Assembly: GCA_964654425.1 (NCBI GenBank)
Contig: CAZZIN010000003.1
Span: 1,812-65,811 of the forward strand
Origin: an uncultured Clavibacter sp.
GTDB taxonomy: Bacteria; Actinomycetota; Actinomycetes; Nanopelagicales; Nanopelagicaceae
Length of the DNA stretch: 64,000 nucleotides
Direction: 5' to 3'
The notes under the pieces were generated by a model. The model did not search any database and was not told the DNA's origin. It was given only the letters and a program-made list of their open reading frames with translations. Position 1 is the first letter of the stretch. Every line of letters begins with the position of its first letter. Below, piece after piece: positions 56,020 to 64,000 of the stretch. Both the position numbers and the translations under genes were made by a program.

Positions 56020-56742
56020 GTGACTCCGCTATCCGATGATGAAATCAAGCGCATTCTTGTTGTCATGGCTCATCCTGATGATTGTGATTTTGGGGCTGGC
56101 GGCACTATCGCTAAATGGACTTCACAAGGAATCTCGGTCTCTTATTGCATAATCACTAACGGCGATCAAGGTGGCGAAGCATCTGATGTTCCCATAGAAG
56201 AGATGGCTAAAGTTCGACAAGAAGAGCAACGCGAAGCGGGCAAAGCCCTCGGTGTTACCGATATAACTTTCCTAAATCATCGAGATGGTTGGTTGGTTCC
56301 AACAATTGAATTGCGTAAGGAAATAGTGCGAGAGATTCGTAAATCAAAGCCAGATCGCATGGTTATCCAATCCCCGGAACGAAACTATGAACGAATCTTT
56401 GCTAGCCACCCGGATCATCTTGCTGCCGGAGAAGTTGCCATTCAAGCTGTCTATCCTGACGCACGAAATCCCTATGCCTTTACTGATTTGAAAGCGGCCG
56501 GATTTGAGCCTTGGCGAGTAAAGGAAGTTTGGATAACAAGTTCACCGACGCCAAATCACTTCATAGACATCACGGAAACTTTTCCTAAGAAAATAGCAGC
56601 ATTGAAAGCGCATGTAAGTCAGACCGCTCATAATTTAGAATTAGAAGAAATGGTCAAAAGTTGGGGTGAGCGAAACGCAGAAGCTCAAGGGCTTCCTGCT
56701 GGAAGAGTTGCTGAGATTTTTAAGGTGATAAACACCGATTAG
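56020..56742 (+). CDS. PIG-L/LmbE family deacetylase (second copy in the window; GTG start)
   Basis: ILVVMAHPDDCDFGAGG and HPDH motifs, 240 aa. Confidence 0.8.
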   Translation: MTPLSDDEIKRILVVMAHPDDCDFGAGGTIAKWTSQGISVSYCIITNGDQGGEASDVPIEEMAKVRQEEQREAGKALGVTDITFLNHRDGWLVPTIELRKEIVREIRKSKPDRMVIQSPERNYERIFASHPDHLAAGEVAIQAVYPDARNPYAFTDLKAAGFEPWRVKEVWITSSPTPNHFIDITETFPKKIAALKAHVSQTAHNLELEEMVKSWGERNAEAQGLPAGRVAEIFKVINTD

Positions 56743-57440
56743 CGGAGGGTAATCCGTTCAATCACAAGATTTCTAATTGGTGAACCTTCAACACCGCTTC
56801 CCTTTACGCCACCTTCGGCAATATATTCAATGATTTCGATTCCCGAGATAATCTCGCCCCAGATTGTGTAGTTGGGTGAGCGCAAAGTTGTATCGTCATA
56901 GAAGAGAAGGAATTGGCTGCCATTTGAATCAGGGCGCCCAAGATTAGACATCGCGACAGTTCCCTTTGGGTAATTATTCGCAACCGGATCGGGCAAGTTC
57001 TCGTCTTTATAGCTAAACCCTGGATCACCTAGGCCAGTGCCGGTTGGATCACCGCATTGAATCGAATAGATGCCGCTTGTTGATAGCCGGTGGCATTGTG
57101 TGCGTGTGTAGTATCCAGAATTTATTATTGTTGTTAGAGCTGTAATTGTAAGTGGTGCATCACGAAAGAGAGTGCGAATCGCAATAACGCCACAATTGGT
57201 TGAAATTGTTATCAATTTTGGAGCACGCTTTAAAAGAGTCGTCGGTGGACTGACCTTCTTGTTAGCTTGGGAAATAACTTTTGATGTTCGGCACTTTACA
57301 ACCTTTTCGTCCCTATCCTTATCATCCGCTTGTGCTGGGAATGCAGAAAGAAGAATAGAGATTAGGAAGGAGGATGTAAGAACGACTGCGACTTTTCTAG
57401 TGCGCATCTTCGTGACTTCCATTCTTAGCATTACTCCCAC
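56739..57440 (-). CDS. secreted cyclophilin-type peptidyl-prolyl isomerase (start possibly Met12 at 57407)
   Basis: Signal/TM segment, then [22 protein letters not shown] and WGEIISG cyclophilin motifs. Confidence 0.85.
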   Translation of the reverse strand: MGVMLRMEVTKMRTRKVAVVLTSSFLISILLSAFPAQADDKDRDEKVVKCRTSKVISQANKKVSPPTTLLKRAPKLITISTNCGVIAIRTLFRDAPLTITALTTIINSGYYTRTQCHRLSTSGIYSIQCGDPTGTGLGDPGFSYKDENLPDPVANNYPKGTVAMSNLGRPDSNGSQFLLFYDDTTLRSPNYTIWGEIISGIEIIEYIAEGGVKGSGVEGSPIRNLVIERITLR

Positions 57441-58987
57441 TCGATTGTCCCGGGCGGTTTTGAAGTAACATCCAAAACCACTCGGTTTACTTCCCTAACT
57501 TCATTTGTTATCCGAGTCGAAATGCGTGCTAACACTTCACTCGGTACTCGCGCCCAATCCGCCGTCATCGCATCCTCACTTGTTACGGGCCTTAGAACAA
57601 TGGGGTGGCCGTAAGTTCGACCATCTCCTTGAACTCCTACGCTCCTAACATCTGCAAGAAGGACTACTGGACATTGCCAGATTTGCCGATCAAGTCCTGC
57701 AAATTGTAATTCTTGACGCGCGATAAAGTCGGCTGAGCGCAAAACTCTAAGTCTTTCTTGAGTAACTTCACCGACTATTCGAATCGCTAGGCCGGGACCT
57801 GGGAATGGTTGGCGCCAAACAATCTCAGCTGGGAGACCCAGTTGGATACCTACCTCACGTACTTCATCTTTGAATAAATGGCGAAGCGGTTCAATTAATT
57901 CAAAATTCAAATCTTCAGGGAGCCCTCCTACATTGTGGTGAGACTTAATATTCGCAGCTCCCGAGCCGCCACCGGATTCAACTACATCAGGATAAAGAGT
58001 TCCTTGGACTAGAAATTTAACTTCTGAATCAATTGATATTTCTCGTGCAGCTTCTTCAAAGACTCGGATGAATTCGCGTCCGATGATTTTTCGCTTTTCT
58101 TCTGGATCCACCACGCCTTTAAGAGCTTCTAAAAAGCGCTGCTTGGCGTCTTTAACGATCAACTTAACGCCAGTCGCAGCAACAAAGTCTTTCTCAACTT
58201 GCTCAGCTTCACCCTCTCTCAGCAATCCATGGTCGACAAAGACACAGGTTAGTTTCGCTCCGATAGCGCGTTGCACTAGTGCCGCCGCGACGGCAGAGTC
58301 AACACCTCCAGAGAGCCCACAAATAACGCGATCATTTCCCACCTGAGACTTAATATTTGTAAGTTCATTTTCAATTATGTTCTCAGGGTTCCAAGTGGGT
58401 TTACATTTGACGATATCTATCAGCCATCTACGAAGTATCTCTTGTCCAAAATCTGAGTGAAGAACTTCTGGATGAAATTGCACACCAGCAAATAGCCCAG
58501 TGTCATTTTCAAATGCAGCTACTGGAGTGTGTTCGGTACGACCGATAGTTGCGAATCCAAGTGGAGCATTTGTGACGCTATCGCCATGGCTCATCCAGAC
58601 ATTGAAATTAGATTCGAGGCCAGTAAAGAGCTGTGATGTTATATCTGCACTAAAGTGAGTGCGACCAAATTCCGATACATCATTCTTGGCAACCGCGCCA
58701 CCAAGACTTTCTGCCATGACTTGGAAGCCGTAACAGATTCCAAATATAGGAATACCTAATTCAAATATCTTCGCATCTAGTTTTGGAGCGTCTGCGACAT
58801 AAACAGAGGCTGGACCGCCAGAGAGGACGATTGCCCTCGGATTACGCGCTTGAAGTTCATCCGCAGATAGCGTTGAGGGAACAATTTCGCTGTAGACGCC
58901 GACTTGCCTTATCCGTCTTGCGATTAGTTGTGCGTATTGAGCACCAAAATCGATGACGAGTACGTGGTTGCTCAGCTGCACCATCAA
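57431..58987 (-). CDS. guaA: glutamine-hydrolysing GMP synthase
   Basis: GATase (GICYGFQ) plus the ATP-PPase SGGVDS motif and C-terminal KPPGTIEWE. Confidence 0.95.
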   Translation of the reverse strand: MMVQLSNHVLVIDFGAQYAQLIARRIRQVGVYSEIVPSTLSADELQARNPRAIVLSGGPASVYVADAPKLDAKIFELGIPIFGICYGFQVMAESLGGAVAKNDVSEFGRTHFSADITSQLFTGLESNFNVWMSHGDSVTNAPLGFATIGRTEHTPVAAFENDTGLFAGVQFHPEVLHSDFGQEILRRWLIDIVKCKPTWNPENIIENELTNIKSQVGNDRVICGLSGGVDSAVAAALVQRAIGAKLTCVFVDHGLLREGEAEQVEKDFVAATGVKLIVKDAKQRFLEALKGVVDPEEKRKIIGREFIRVFEEAAREISIDSEVKFLVQGTLYPDVVESGGGSGAANIKSHHNVGGLPEDLNFELIEPLRHLFKDEVREVGIQLGLPAEIVWRQPFPGPGLAIRIVGEVTQERLRVLRSADFIARQELQFAGLDRQIWQCPVVLLADVRSVGVQGDGRTYGHPIVLRPVTSEDAMTADWARVPSEVLARISTRITNEVREVNRVVLDVTSKPPGTIEWE

Positions 58988-60095
58988 CCTTTATTCAGAA
59001 CGATCTCTACCCGCTGAAATTCCTTTAGTTCTGAGTATCCACAAGTGGCCATCGCACGACGAAGCGCACCAAAGAGATTCATAGTCCCATCGGCTGAATG
59101 TGAAGGTCCGATCAAAATCTCTTCAAGGCAACCAGCAGTTCCGACATGCACTCGAGTTCCACGTGGCAGTTCTCCGTGGTGCGCTTCGCTACCCCAATGC
59201 CAACCTCTACCGGGCGCTTCTTCTGCCCGTGCAAGGGGCGATCCCAGCATCACCGCGTCAGCGCCACATGCAATTGCCTTTGCAATATCGCCACTTTTTC
59301 CAATCGAACCATCTGCGATTACATGCACATAACGTCCGCCGGATTCATCCAAGTATTGGCGACGGGCGGCTGCGACATCTGCAACAGCAGTCGCCATCGG
59401 TACCGAAATTCCAAGAACTTGGCGAGTCGTATGTGCAGCGCCACCACCAAATCCAACAAGCACTCCAGCAGCACCTGCGCGCATTAGATGAAGGGCGCTA
59501 GAGGTCGTCGCACAGCCACCAACCACAACTGGCACGTCAAGCTCATAAATAAATTTCTTTAAATTGAGTGGCTCAGTTTTTGTCGATACATGTTCCGCGC
59601 TAACTGTGGTTCCGCGAATCACGAATAGGTCAACGCCGGCATCGACTACAGCCTTATGAAATTCAGCGGTGCGTTGTGGCGAAAGTGCGCCAGCAACTGT
59701 GACTCCAGCTGCACGAATTTCAGCGATTCGCTCTTTGATTAGTTCGGGGCGGATTGGAGCTTTGTAGAGCTCCTGCATCCTTGCCGTTGCTTGTTCGGCT
59801 GGAATAGATGAAATCTCACCTAGCTGAATCTTGGGATTGTCATAGCGTGTCCAAAGTCCTTCGAGATTCAAGATTCCAAGTCCACCAAGTTTTCCAATCG
59901 CAATTGCGGTCTCAGGCGAGACGACTGAGTCCATCGGGGCGGCAAGAAGTGGTAAATCAAAGCGATAGGCATCGATCTGCCAATTCAGGGATACATCTTG
60001 GGGTTCGCGGGTGCGACGTGAAGGCACAATCGATACATCGTCGAAGGAATATGCGACTCGGGCGCGCTTACTTTCAGAGATCTCAATATCGGCCA

Positions 60096-60096
<1 letters not shown>
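58984..60096 (-). CDS. guaB3: GuaB3-type IMP dehydrogenase family protein (lacks the catalytic Cys)
   Basis: IMPDH barrel similarity, but GGGAAHTTR replaces GSICTTR. 370 aa, with the same position as mycobacterial guaB3. Confidence 0.8.
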
Positions 60097-61226
<1,130 letters not shown>

Positions 61227-61242
61227 CTAATGGTTGGAGTCT

Positions 61243-62214
61243 TTAGGCTCCAACTGCTCGCAGGATCTCCTCACAGGCTTCGACCAAATCCTCGACATGA
61301 ACAGCAGGTTTTGGAATCAATTCCCCCCAACCAGGTCCACCGATAACAATTCGCGGTGCAGGTCTAACGTTGGGCAACTGATCAAGAAGGGCTAAGTCAC
61401 CATTCTTGTTTAATTGTGCCCAGAGAAATATAGCTGGTGGTGCAGATCGCTTTACGACTGCGCTGATCGCTTCTACTGGAGTACGCGCACCGAGGAATTG
61501 AGTTTGGATTTTTCGCTCCGAGAGTGCAGCAGCTAGCGCATAGAGAGGAAGGGAATGCATCTCCTCGCCAATACACGCAAGTAGAACTGGGCGCGGATTG
61601 ATTGGGTCGATAATATTTGAATTCCATTCTTGCATGAGTCGCTTGATAATCTCGCTGACCATATGTTCGGTTTCGATTCCTGCTCCAGAATCAGCCCACT
61701 CTTGGCCAATCAAGACCAAAACTGGAACGATGACTTCGCTCCAAGTGTTTGTAACCCCACGCATCTGCATCTCAGAACGAAGAATCTCTTCGACGAAACT
61801 CTTGTCGTAGGCTCGAGCTGCGCGCATTACTGCCTTCACAAGCTCTTCTCGAATCGTTACCTCTTTACTCAAGGTATCTGAGATCAGTTGAGCCGAACTT
61901 GTGCCATCAAAGTCGAGTGCTCTTCTTGCCGCTTCCGCAGGTGATACTCCTGAAATAACTAACTTCCTCATCAAAGTTAGGCGCGAAAGGTCGAGTGCGG
62001 AATAGCGGCGATGTTCGCCGGAGCTGTGATCGCTCGGTCCTAAGCCATAGCGGCGGTCCCAAGTCCGTAATGTGGCCGGAGCCACCCCGAGCCTTCGGGC
62101 GACTGCTGCAACGGTTAGGGATTCACCTTGGCCCTCAATTTGAGCCTGGTTCCCAGTCACTCTTGAGGAAGCTGAGGGCTGGGTCATGGGGTAATGGTGG
62201 GGGTAGGGCGCCAC
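61243..62214 (-). CDS. MerR-family regulator with a CarH/LitR-type B12-binding module
   Basis: MerR HTH (LTVAAVARRLGVAPATLRTWDRRYGL), then a helical bundle with an exact Wx9EH motif (WADSGAGIETEH) and a Rossmann-like B12 domain (LLACIGEEMHSLP..., IGGPGW). Confidence 0.7.
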   Translation of the reverse strand: MAPYPHHYPMTQPSASSRVTGNQAQIEGQGESLTVAAVARRLGVAPATLRTWDRRYGLGPSDHSSGEHRRYSALDLSRLTLMRKLVISGVSPAEAARRALDFDGTSSAQLISDTLSKEVTIREELVKAVMRAARAYDKSFVEEILRSEMQMRGVTNTWSEVIVPVLVLIGQEWADSGAGIETEHMVSEIIKRLMQEWNSNIIDPINPRPVLLACIGEEMHSLPLYALAAALSERKIQTQFLGARTPVEAISAVVKRSAPPAIFLWAQLNKNGDLALLDQLPNVRPAPRIVIGGPGWGELIPKPAVHVEDLVEACEEILRAVGA

Positions 62215-62238
62215 GCCCGCATCTTGAAACGGGGGTAC

Positions 62239-62267
62239 TTGAACAACTTATGGCGCGATTGTATATT
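62239..62267 (+). promoter_or_regulatory. sigma-70-like promoter TTGAAC-17 nt-TATATT placed for leaderless transcription of the whiB gene
   Basis: Read directly. The -10 ends 6 nt before the A of the ATG at 62274, and there is no Shine-Dalgarno. The inverted repeat GGCGCGA (62252-58) / TCGCGCC (62267-73) spans the -10. Confidence 0.4.
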
Positions 62268-62273
62268 CGCGCC

Positions 62274-62576
62274 ATGTCCGAAACGACTCGCTTACCTAAG
62301 CCTGTAGAAGCAAATTGGGAGTGGCAGTATGAGGGTGCTTGCCGATCCCTTCCAACTGAGATGTTCTTTCATCCAGATGGCGAGCGCGGCCCCCGCCGTA
62401 AAGCTCGGGAAGTTGCTGCAAAGGCTGTTTGCGCAAGTTGCCCCGTAATCGCACAGTGCCGAGCGCATGCTTTAGCAGCGCAAGAGCCATATGGGATTTG
62501 GGGCGGCCTTACCGAGGAAGAGCGCTTCGAGATCATCAGTAAAGCACAGCGTCAGTCACGCATCTTTACTGCGTAA
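62274..62576 (+). CDS. whiB3: WhiB-family Fe-S redox-sensing transcription factor, WhiB3/WhiD-like
   Basis: NWEWQYEGACRSLPTEMFFHPDGERG...AKAVCASCPVIAQCRAHAL..EPYGIWGGLTEEER has four Cys plus the GIWGG turn, nearly colinear with M. tuberculosis WhiB3. The track ORF from 61995 overlaps the divergent MerR gene and is rejected. Confidence 0.9.
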   Translation: MSETTRLPKPVEANWEWQYEGACRSLPTEMFFHPDGERGPRRKAREVAAKAVCASCPVIAQCRAHALAAQEPYGIWGGLTEEERFEIISKAQRQSRIFTA

Positions 62577-62590
62577 TTCTCCTCCTTTCC

Positions 62591-62638
62591 AAAAAAGATA
62601 AACGCCTTCGAGCTCATCACTCGGGGGCGTTACTCTTT
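62591..62638. terminator. bidirectional intrinsic terminator between whiB3 (+) and terC (-)
   Basis: A-tract, then a 12-bp stem AACGCCTTCGAG / CTCGGGGGCGTT (two G-U pairs) with a 7-nt loop (62600-62630), then CTCTTTT. Confidence 0.6.
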
Positions 62639-62654
62639 TAGTAGAAGAAATAAC

Positions 62655-63572
62655 TTACTGGAGTTTTGGTTTTTGATTTGCTCGCAAACTGATTACAGTC
62701 GTTGCAGCTAGCGCAGAAACAATCACACCTAGAGAAACCGTGATTGAGATTTCTGGGATCTTAACCCCCGCAATATCGTGAATTCCAATTCCGTGCAGGG
62801 CTTCAATAATCAATTTAACGCCAATAAAACCTAGGACAATTGAAAGGCCCTTAGAAAGATAGATCAATTTTTTGAGGAGAATTCCAATTAAGAAGTAGAG
62901 TTGTCGAAGTCCCATTAAGGCAAAGGCATTAGCCATAAATACGATGTATGGGTCTCGAGTTAATCCGAATATCGCAGGGATTGAATCAAGTGCAAAGAGA
63001 ATATCGGTTGTGCCAACTGCGACAAGTGCAATTGTCACATTTGAATATCCGCGTTTGCGAAGCGCGCTAACGATTCGAGTCTCTTCCCATTCATCATCTT
63101 CGGGATCACCGGAGATGAGCTTGTAGGCGGTCCATAGAAGGATTGCGCCAAAGAAGAAAAAGATCGCTACAAAGCGCTGGACCACGGCCGCACCAAGGAC
63201 GATGAAGAATCCCCTAATAACCAGCGCCATCACAATTCCCAAGAGCAGAACAAGTTGCTCTTTCTCTTTTGGAACCTTTAAGCGCGTAAGGATGATTAGA
63301 AATACAAAGAGATTATCGATTGACAAGGAATATTCGGTGATCCAGCCAGCAAAGAACTCACTACTTGCACTTGTGCTGTCCCAGCTGCGAAGCGAGAAGC
63401 CAAAAATGATTGCAGCCGTGACGTAAATCAGGGTCCAACTAGCGGCTTCCCGCAAGGAAGTTACTTGATTTCGGCGAATCCAAGCCCAGGCCAAATCAGC
63501 CAAGAGAATTACGCCAACGATTGCCAAGGTCGCAACCCAGGCGCTGGTTGAAACATTGAGAGTTTCAGACAT
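62655..63572 (-). CDS. terC: TerC family integral membrane protein
   Basis: Polytopic protein with the EYSLSIDNLFVF and ALDSIPAIFG TerC signature motifs. Confidence 0.9.
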   Translation of the reverse strand: MSETLNVSTSAWVATLAIVGVILLADLAWAWIRRNQVTSLREAASWTLIYVTAAIIFGFSLRSWDSTSASSEFFAGWITEYSLSIDNLFVFLIILTRLKVPKEKEQLVLLLGIVMALVIRGFFIVLGAAVVQRFVAIFFFFGAILLWTAYKLISGDPEDDEWEETRIVSALRKRGYSNVTIALVAVGTTDILFALDSIPAIFGLTRDPYIVFMANAFALMGLRQLYFLIGILLKKLIYLSKGLSIVLGFIGVKLIIEALHGIGIHDIAGVKIPEISITVSLGVIVSALAATTVISLRANQKPKLQ

Positions 63573-63591
63573 TGTGCGAGTGTAATCAGAA

Positions 63592-63616
63592 AGGGCCCCG
63601 ATTAAATCGGAGCCCT
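63592..63616 (-). terminator. hairpin after groEL (AGGGCUCCGAU-UUA-AUCGGGGCCCU, one mismatch), followed by UUCUGAUU
   Basis: Read directly. It lies between the groEL stop (63645) and the terC start (63572). Confidence 0.5.
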
Positions 63617-63644
63617 CTTTGATTACGAGTCTATTTAAGCCTCA

Positions 63645-64000
63645 CTAGTGAGAATGCCCACCCGGTCCGTGGCTATGGCCATGGCCGCCTGGAGCATCCT
63701 TTGGTTCTTCTGGTTTTTCGAAGACGAGCGCTTCGGTCGTTAAGAACATTGCTGCGATCGAGGCTGCGTTTGCAAGAGCAGAACGAGTTACTTTGACAGG
63801 ATCGATTACGCCGACCTTTACAAGATCACCATATTCATCGGTCGCGGCATTGAAGCCTTCGTTTGCCTTCAAATTACGAACCTTCGAGACAACAACATAA
63901 CCTTCTTGTCCAGCATTCTCGGCAATCCAACGAAGTGGTTCTTGGCAGGCCTTTGCTACAAGTCGAACTCCGACAGCAGCGTCGCCTTCATAGCCAAGAT
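63645..64000 (-). CDS. groEL1: chaperonin GroEL, C-terminal part, with a His-rich tail (GroEL1-type); 5' end outside the window
   Basis: Frame open to position 64000: ...[92 protein letters not shown]...[15 protein letters not shown]. Confidence 0.9.
   Translation of the reverse strand, partial: LGYEGDAAVGVRLVAKACQEPLRWIAENAGQEGYVVVSKVRNLKANEGFNAATDEYGDLVKVGVIDPVKVTRSALANAASIAAMFLTTEALVFEKPEEPKDAPGGHGHSHGPGGHSH

Noticed and set aside
61995-62273. A 193-aa version of the whiB ORF starting at 61995.
   Set aside because: It overlaps the 5' end of the divergent MerR gene by about 220 bp, and the extension has no WhiB similarity. The 100-aa form from 62274 is colinear with WhiB3.
63645-63692. 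The histidine-rich C-terminal tail of GroEL ([14 protein letters not shown]) next to a TerC metal-related membrane protein.
   Set aside because: A His-rich tail is a known feature of mycobacterial-type GroEL1. The adjacency to terC is not enough to infer a functional link.

Overview
This is a 64-kb, almost gap-free chromosomal segment. Many genes overlap by 4 bp (co-directional) or 11 bp (convergent), and only three convincing intrinsic terminators are visible.

The source looks like a streamlined actinobacterium whose GC content is low for the phylum (under 50 % by eye). Signature genes are a WhiB3/WhiD-type regulator, the mycothiol enzyme MshB, DUF3107/DUF3117/DUF3017 small proteins, PerM, an orphan MsiK-like ABC ATPase and a His-tailed GroEL1. 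Gene order echoes several mycobacterial blocks: fdx-dapC, LOG-dapD, OMT-tatB-mrp, sucCD-perM-purH and guaB-guaB3-guaA.

I saw no rRNA, tRNA, CRISPR, transposase, integrase, phage or recognisable defence genes. Most of the window is core metabolism: TCA (sucCD, mdh, icd), purine synthesis (purH, guaA, guaB), folD, lysine synthesis (dapC, dapD), cysS, trpS, pcrA and cell-envelope genes (SpoIID/GT2/LCP/ugd).

The main accessory-like content is a roughly 21-kb, 21-gene nucleoside/deoxyribose scavenging supercluster at 21.5-42.2 kb. It runs maf-GGCT-phosphomutase-deoC-ALDH-ALDH', rbsK, a BMP-type ABC importer, a Qng1/DUF2419 queuosine-salvage homolog, an NDT-family protein, an MFS transporter, two IUNH hydrolases, tandem uridine-phosphorylase paralogs, and a cytochrome P450 embedded in a cdd-add-CYP-iunH operon.

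Other points worth a second look:
- Three apparent pseudo-enzymes or domain deletions: an ALDH lacking its catalytic domain, a PurK C-terminal remnant, and an IMPDH lacking its Bateman/CBS domain.
- A CarH/LitR-type (Wx9EH) B12 photoreceptor-like MerR regulator divergent from a probably leaderless whiB3-like gene.
- A stand-alone sigma region-4 protein.
- A hairpin-rich, GC-rich divergent intergenic region at 44.6-44.8 kb.

All calls rest on motif recognition in the supplied translations and on my own reading of the DNA. No database search was run.
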